From Eledone cirrhosa (taxonomy: Eukaryota): a stretch of 64,000 bases of DNA. The stretch spans positions 37,014,001 to 37,078,000 of the forward strand of contig OZ024747.1 in the NCBI GenBank assembly GCA_964016885.1, written 5' to 3'. The notes under the pieces were generated by a model, which had not been told where the DNA came from, did not search any database, and saw only the letters and a program-made list of their open reading frames with translations. Positions 55,587-64,000 of the stretch are shown here, piece by piece; within the stretch, counting starts at the first letter, position 1, and every line of letters begins with the position of its first letter. The position numbers and the translations under genes are program-made.

Positions 55587-55705
55587 CACACATATATACA
55601 TTATTTATATATATATATACACACATATATACATTATTTATATATATATATACACACACATATATACATTATTTATATATATATATGTGTGTGTGTATGT
55701 ATATG

Positions 55706-55755
<50 letters not shown>

Positions 55756-56999
55756 CGTGTATATATATGCACACAGACACACACAGACACACATATATAT
55801 AGGGAGAGACAGTCAGACAAACAGACAGACAGAGACAGAAAGACATACATACGTACACACATACACATTCAAATATATCTATATAAATGAGAAGTGGGGG
55901 TGAGTGAGAAAGGAAAAAGACCGCAGGAAAAAGCAAACCAAAACAAGAATCAAGATGTCTGACTAGATGTAAACATTTTTTCATCAAATCATATCCCTTT
56001 CGGGCTTTCCAATGTTTTTGTCTTCGTTTTATTTTATTTCATCCCAAGTCTTGTTCCCTTGTCATGTCCCCATTGAATATAACCTCTGTATGTTATTTGA
56101 GTTGCTTTCGTTTGTACTTACTCTCATATGACATCCTCTGTAGCTTATCTCTTATAATAAACTTACAATAAACACTTATGCCATCACCAATCATCTGAAT
56201 CGTGTATGATGTTTGCCTTCTTGAGAAATGTTAGTGTGTGACTTTGCTTAGCAAAGTAAGATGAGATGATTTAATAGAAGCTATCACACGTGGTTTCATG
56301 ACATAGTTGTGCTACAGTCTTGTATGATTTGATCTCAGGGCGTACAAATACCTCAGGAATCACGACATCAAATTTGTCCATCGCGTCATTATTTCTTCTC
56401 ATCTAAGTTTAATGTTAAATATTGGTCGCATTATAAGCGAAGGGTGCTCAAGAACATTGATTGCGTGTAGTCAGAGATAATCCTCTGGCCTAAAGAACGA
56501 GTCCGTTTCCGAAGAAGCTAAGGATCATGCATTCTAATCTTATCAAATTTAGCTTGTACTGAACTTAGTTTAGACAGCAAGTGCGGTAGACATTTAGCAT
56601 CTCGAATGACATCTCCAGTATAGTTTCTTCTCAACATATTTCCGAGTAAGATTAACCACTCAGTTCATTATCTCGTCTCTTTTTCTATTCTCCTGGAGGG
56701 TCAGACTGAACCAAACACTAAGTGCCTTGACCAGAATCTGAGTCCATCGGCAAACAGTTCGATACTAATTACTTTCCGGACAAACCTATCAAATTCACCA
56801 CTAGCCAATCTATTCTCCTGTTGTCATTTCATAGTCCCCTACTACGAGTAATATTGTTATGGTAAAGATACGTGATGCATCTAGCTCCTGGATGGAATCT
56901 TTCTCTTTGCAAAATTTTACACCAAAACAGTTATTAGACTGCATTGTGCAGAAAATCGCGTATTATCAGCAGATATTACGCAATCGGGCAATCGCACAT

Positions 57000-57053
<54 letters not shown>

Positions 57054-57452
57054 ATGGATAGCCATAAGCCATATTTTTCGTCTATTACATTCCACTCAAA
57101 TGGTGTTGGTCAACTTAAGGTTGCTGTAAAAGTTATTTGTCCACGGTGCTGCGGTGTACGCCCGACTACGAGGAACAACATGGTTGTGAAGTGAAAGGTT
57201 ACGCTTTATATGTGTTAAGGCTCAACTGTTATTAGTTGTATCGACGCCAAATATATAATAGATAAAGTCGACACTAGAAATCAGAACAAAAGTCCAACAA
57301 AGTATTTAGTCCGGTAATTTACTACCACTTCTGTTGCTCAACCCACCTAAAAGAAAGCAACTACAACAACAACAACAGCAACAACAACAGCAGAAGCAGC
57401 AGCATAAAGAACAAAAACAACCATAACAATAATGACAATGAAAATAGTATTG

Positions 57453-57643
57453 ATAATAATTGTTTCTATTTTTGGCACAACGCCAGCAAATAACCAGTGC
57501 ATTACTGGTACTTTATTTTATCGACCCCGAAAGGATGAAAGGGAAAGTTAACCTCGGCAGGATTTGAACTCAGTCCGTAAAGGGACGTAACTATGGTGGA
57601 AAGCATGGCGTCCGACTCTCTACCGATACTGCCAATCCACTGC
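57453..57643 (-). mobile_element. Near full-length tRNA-derived SINE
   Basis: Same family as 22123-22310. Confidence 0.9.
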
Positions 57644-57682
57644 AAGAAAAGCTACGAGAGCAACAACAATAGCGATAATAAT

Positions 57683-57868
57683 TGTTTCTACTTTAGGCAC
57701 AAGGCCAGCAATTACCCAGTGCATTACTGGTACTTTATTTTATCGACCCCGTAAGGATGAAAGGCAAAGTTAACCTCGGCGGGATTTGAACTCAGATCGT
57801 AAATGGACGTAACTATACTGGAATGCATGGCGTCCGACCCTCTACCGATACTGCCAATCCACCGCCCT
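57683..57868 (-). mobile_element. Full-length tRNA-derived SINE with a 16-bp TSD
   Basis: caatagcgataataat at 57667-57682 and 57869-57884; A and B boxes present. Confidence 0.93.
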
Positions 57869-57994
57869 CAATAGCGATAATAATGACGATGATGATGATG
57901 ACAGTGGTTGTGGTGATGGTGATGATGATGATAACAATAATAAAATAATAACATATAAACAATAATAACAACCAGTACAGCGGCAATACCGGAT

Positions 57995-58144
<150 letters not shown>

Positions 58145-58205
58145 TAAAAAAAAACAAAGCGAAGAGGCATATATATATATGTATATATATATATGCCTCT
58201 ACGCT

Positions 58206-58342
<137 letters not shown>

Positions 58343-58357
58343 GTATATATATATATG

Positions 58358-58496
<139 letters not shown>

Positions 58497-59823
58497 ATAA
58501 TCTGCCAAATAAATCTCATAAAAGTTTATATTTGGAAGAACCTGAATAATAAGGAAAAAAAATTATAAAACGTATAAAATAAATTTATGGAAGGAAACTT
58601 ATCAGCAAAACCAAATACCACAAAACCAAGGGAGATAAAAAGCTGCTATTTATTAACTTTATTAATGAGATCGTTCCTTTCACTGCTGTCAAAGTTAATC
58701 ATAACAGAATGCTAATCTATCAAACCCATAATGGAGCCAAAACTATAACTGCAACGAATAATGAACAAGGAAAAAGGTGAGAATAAAATGTAGAAATATT
58801 GTTAATATAAATTCGTTTTCATTATGTCAATATTAATACGAAGGAAGCATTCAGATGAATCTGGGAACAATTTTACTATGGGACATTGATTTGCTTATAT
58901 TATTTCGGATATAATATAATGTAATATAATATAATATAATATGATATAATATAATATAGTATATACGGAGATATTTATACCCGCTTGTGCACGCTTGTGC
59001 CCGCTTGTACGTGCATATATATGTGCATCTGTGTATTGGAGTGGCTGTACATTATGTATGTATATATCTTTTTATCTACCTCTCTAACTATATATATTTA
59101 AAGAGACGTGCGAGAGAGAGAAATTGAAAGAGAGGGAAATACATATATGTATATATGCATTCATATATATTTATATGTCTGTGACTGTGCATTTTAAATG
59201 TATATAATTACTTTTGAAAAGGCAGTTATAAACTAGAAGCTCCTCTGTATTAAAGGGCTGAAAGCGGGTTCAAACGTCTAGAATATCAACACTGTTTTAT
59301 ATTAACATACATATGACACATTGAAGAGGACCATGTATTTTGCTCTGTAAGAGTTTTTTCAAACGAATTGAATATTTTGGTCAGGAATTTAGCAGGTAAC
59401 GGAGCAAATGGGTTTTCTAAATAGTGGAGATGAAGAGATTTATATTATACTGAAATGAACAGGAAACAAGAGTGTCACGGATAGAAGAAATTTAGTTGTA
59501 AAAATAAAGTAGGATCTTATCAAATGTTCAAAGAGATCTGTATTCCGATAGAGAGAGGAAGAATTTAGTTCTTGTGTTAGAGCGACTCTGATGTTCTACG
59601 AAGAACAGCGATATATATCAGATTATACGTCGCATCTCTTATATTAGCAGAAGTCATAAAATGAAAGCATGTCGCCTTATTTCAGTAGCTCGTTTTCTCT
59701 CATTCTCTGCAGTGCAAGACATCTTGTGGGCTTCATGGCTCCAGCCCAAATAATTACAGAGGCATTACCTCGGATGGAATTATACGAATTATATCTAAAG
59801 TGTACAACTCTGTCAGTGATCAC

Positions 59824-59826
<3 letters not shown>

Positions 59827-59856
<30 letters not shown>

Positions 59857-59969
59857 AAGAAGAAGAAGAAGAAGAAGAAGAAGAAGAAGAAGAAGAAGAA
59901 GAAGAAGAAGAAGAAGAAGAAGAAGAAGAAGAAGAAGAAGAAGAAGAAGAAGAAGAAGAAGAAGAAGAA
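59827..59969. repeat. (GAA)n microsatellite, ~47 units
   Basis: Seen directly. Confidence 0.99.
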
Positions 59970-60029
59970 GGCTGCGCATAATATATGCACATATATACTT
60001 AAAGATATCCACAGTCTTAAAGAACAATA

Positions 60030-60105
60030 TACCGTATATATTCGTGTATGGGTCGCACTTTTTTAACGATAAATAAGTATAAATTTTTGGGGTGCGACCT
60101 ATCCG
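60030..60105 (+). mobile_element. pogo/Tigger-like terminal remnant
   Basis: taccgtatatattcgtgtatgggtcgcac..gggtgcgaccta resembles pogo-type termini with an internal inverted motif. Confidence 0.4.
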
Positions 60106-60913
60106 ATCGACATCAGACTGACCAATGATTTTTCATAGGCTTAATCAACGATGGGTATTTATAAAAATAACTTTGTTAATATTTTGTTATTATTTAACAT
60201 AATAATTTCATATATCGACCTTCTTATACATATATGTCTTGATTTTAAATTTTTTACTAAAACTTCGTAGTGTTTGCGTTTTTTTCTATCTGACCGAACC
60301 ATCCGTCATTAAAATCCATAGAAATGCATACCCGGTTTTTAAAATGTGATTTCATCGTCATAGCGTTGCTATGAACACGTATTGTGACGTATTTACTTTA
60401 ACAGGAAACAGATTATTGCATGTGGCATTTCTTTTCAAAATTAGCAGTTTTCCGAACAGGTGAATTAATTAAAAATGCAGATATAATCAGTACAAGGTTT
60501 TAGTCTTTCTCTACATTCCAGGCAAATATTTTCATTGAAAAAAATTTATAAAACCTTTTCACCAGTCAAAATAATATTTGCAATGTACTCTTACACAATG
60601 TACGGTGTAAATTTACGTAACAGAATGTTCCCAATATATAAGTTCATTAACAGTAAATGCAAGTATATCCGCACACACATTTATATATATGTATCCACTA
60701 ACACACACATTTACATATAATGCGGACTATTCACTGTCAATGTTTAGCGACTAACTTGAAATATTTAAAGAATAACTTAAATAAATCTAAAATACATACA
60801 GGCATGCATAAATACATACATGGATGCATATGTACATACATATATATACATGTATACATACATAAATGCATACATATATGCATACATAGATATATGCATC
60901 ATACAAACAAACC

Positions 60914-60994
60914 ATACATACATACATACATACATACATACATACATACATACATACATACATACATACATACATACATACATACATACATACA

Positions 60995-61023
<29 letters not shown>
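60914..61023. repeat. (CATA)n microsatellite
   Basis: Seen directly. Confidence 0.98.
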
Positions 61024-61024
<1 letters not shown>

Positions 61025-61026
<2 letters not shown>

Positions 61027-62100
61027 CATCATATGAGACCCGGATAGTAACACTGAAGCAACATCTTCAACAGAGGAAAAAGGTTGGCAACCACCTTGCC
61101 CAGGTTTATGAGCATGAAAAACAATTATCATTAGAATAGCCACTGATCTGGAGGAGAGATATGGAATAAAGCCGGATATAAATCTCTCACCCAGAAAAAT
61201 CGGAAGATTCTATTCAATATTCAAACAAGATGAAAAAATTGACCAATTTACAGAAAAAGTTGTGCGTGGATACTTGAGACGTAAAATACAGACCATAGAG
61301 GGGATAAACCACTCAAAAAGCCTGGCATGGAGTTCCGACAGGTTTATGACATCACACATTGAGGGATATCTCTATGCAATACAGGAAGAAGAACACCCTA
61401 CCAAATATCTGCTGCACAAAAGGGGAGGGCCATCAGCTGACAATAAATGTAGGCTATGTAAAACAACGATCGAGGATGTAAGCCACATTGTTGCCAGCTG
61501 CGAAAGAATGTCATCTCGCTACTATCTCCCCATGAGACACGATGGGATAGTTAGAACCATCTGGAACGCACTTCGGAAAACAAAATTAACAACAAACGAG
61601 GAAGAATATATTGAGACAGATGGCACTAAGGAATACTGGTGGAACCTGAAAATAAAAACTGCCACCAAATTAAAGCACAACCGGCCTGATATTGTTGTTT
61701 GGGACCACACATTGAAAACGTGTTCTGTTGTGGAGATCAGCTGCCCACTTGATGTAAATGTTGTCAGAAAAATACAGGAGAAGGAGGACATCTACGGACC
61801 ATTGATGAGGAGTTTACAAATCCAGTATCCAAGATACACCTTTAGCTTCATACCTATCATTATTGGAGCTACGGGTTATATACCAACCCGCTTGGACCAA
61901 AGTATGACTTAACTTGGATTTGCGGACAAAGAGCGCAGCTCCCTAATTCATAGTCTACAAATGATTGCGATAGCTGGCACCTTCAAAATTTGCAAAACAT
62001 TCTTACGATTCAAGGGATGACAATTTCTTTTCTCTCACAACCTTGCCACCAGAAAGGTGGCCGGTCAAAAAAATATACTAGAAATTAAGAGAAAGAGATG
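61025..62100 (+). mobile_element. 5'-truncated R4/Dong-like non-LTR retrotransposon (CCHC plus restriction-like endonuclease)
   Basis: EG..AIQE, CRLC..E.VSHIVASC, RHD, NRPDIVVWD..VEISCP..K..EK..Y, PIIIGATG; premature TAA at 61910, natural stop at 62018-62020. Confidence 0.9.
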
Positions 62101-62352
62101 ACATACATACAAGTGTATTTGTAAGTGTTTCCTACAAACATTTAAAAATATGTTTCTTTTTCATATTCCCAAAGGTTGACTTTTTACGTCTATTATCAAG
62201 AATTATGAGACAAATATTTTTGTATTTATGTCTTGTAGGAATAGCTCAACAAATCAAAACAGAAAAGAAGATATATATGTATATGTATTTATGTATGTAT
62301 GTTATCGTGCGTAGGTGTACATGCATATATATATATATTTCCTATTTATATA

Positions 62353-62538
<186 letters not shown>

Positions 62539-63658
62539 ATAAATAGATAGATATGAAACCATATTTAGTAATAATCCAGACACTTCTACTTAATTTACAC
62601 ACAGAGAGGGAGGTAGAGTGATGGTTTTGGGGACGAATAAAAAAGTAAGATTAAATAAACATCCAAGCGATAATTCCTTTGTCAAATGTTTAAACATAAT
62701 TATTCCACTCACTTTTGATATTGAGATTATGTAATGTATTTCACTGTTAATAATTTGATATTTATTAAAGACCGTTAGCTTCTATTTAAGTAACACCAAA
62801 GATGTCGTTAATCACAATCTTTTTAGAATTAATTTGAATCTAATGAAGAGCTACAAGCCAAATAATTTAATACATAAATTATACAAACGCGTTAAAAGTA
62901 ACATGCCGTTAACACGTTAAAATCAAATGTTGAATTCATTAAAACTGATGATGAAAAAACTGTTTTGATGCATTCTAGATTAACAAAAATAAAATTAAAT
63001 AGGCGAACACATCATGAAATGAATTATGAAATGTCATTTGTCACCTTCACCACGGAGTTACACATTTATAATAAACTGAATTGTGATAATGTAACGTTTG
63101 TCGTTTTCAAGAGCAACAATGCTGTAATTGAAGGGAATAAAAATATCTTATCTCGCAATTGAAACAGGCTCGCAGGTTCGTTTAGCGAAGGGCTTACATT
63201 TTGCTTTTTGCGTTTTGTCACAGGAACAGAATATATTGAATTTTCTCATTGGTCGTAATGTACTCAATTTACTTTGGAGATTTCCGATAGCAAGAGAGGG
63301 TAGTTCATGTACATAAGAAGATATTCAAACTAAAGCACAAAGGATGAACTAATTATCGTAATATGATCGCCACTTGAGAATGTGTTTATGACTGAATTTC
63401 TATCTGATCAAACAAAAGCTTTCCTTAATCAGAAATACTTTATACCCCCCCCCCCCCCCCGAAAAAAAAATGCCGTTGTATTGTTTCTTCTTTTGTTACT
63501 AAAACAACACATCCACCTTCCAACCAATTGAGGGGGCCAGAAGGAAGGAAGTCGGGAAAGATGAGCTGATGATGATGACGAGGGGGGATGAGACGATGGA
63601 GGAGGAAGCTGATGTGATGATAAGGAAGAAGAGAAGGCGTATATGGTGGTGGATGAGA

Positions 63659-63663
<5 letters not shown>

Positions 63664-63689
<26 letters not shown>

Positions 63690-63712
63690 GGAGGAGGAGG
63701 AGGAGGAGGAGG
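63664..63712. repeat. (GGA)n microsatellite in a purine-rich tract
   Basis: Seen directly. Confidence 0.95.
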
Positions 63713-64000
63713 GGAGGGTGGAGGAAGGGGAGAAGAAGGAGGAGGGGAGGAAGAGGACGTGTGGCTTTGACATTTGAAATCCTCTAAATCTAGTGAAATT
63801 GGTGTAGTTATGTTTATGTTGAACATCTATAGGTTGGTATCCATGGGAAACCGTGTGTGAGAAGACAAGACAATTTCAGTTTTGAAGAGAAAACGCTGGA
63901 AAAGTGCTTTGAATCTTTGCCAATAAGTTGGATATGCAATTGGGAATCGCCATGAGAGTTCACTAGTGAGGTCATCACGAGACATAATCATCATCATCAT

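Overview
This is AT-rich, microsatellite-saturated animal genomic DNA. The SINE families and repeat landscape suggest an octopod cephalopod (inference). I can support no intact host protein-coding gene, rRNA or true tRNA, and most ORFs in the track are translations of simple repeats. The window holds a ~10.4 kb GTGTCW hexamer satellite with higher-order structure, two minisatellites, many tRNA-derived SINEs, RTE and CR1-like LINE fragments, and an R4/Dong-like RLE retrotransposon inserted in (CATA)n. It also holds three Penelope-like elements (RT plus GIY-YIG), two of them with inverted-repeat architecture. The most striking pattern is a set of unrelated small elements anchored in (TA)n tracts. 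Several carry minimal type I hammerhead ribozymes (CUGANGA...GAAA, palindromic stem III) and show fold-back inverted 5' arms ending at TA microhomologies. In one family the fold-back centres coincide with the predicted ribozyme stem II and cleavage site. All calls come from reading the sequence by eye; no searches were run.
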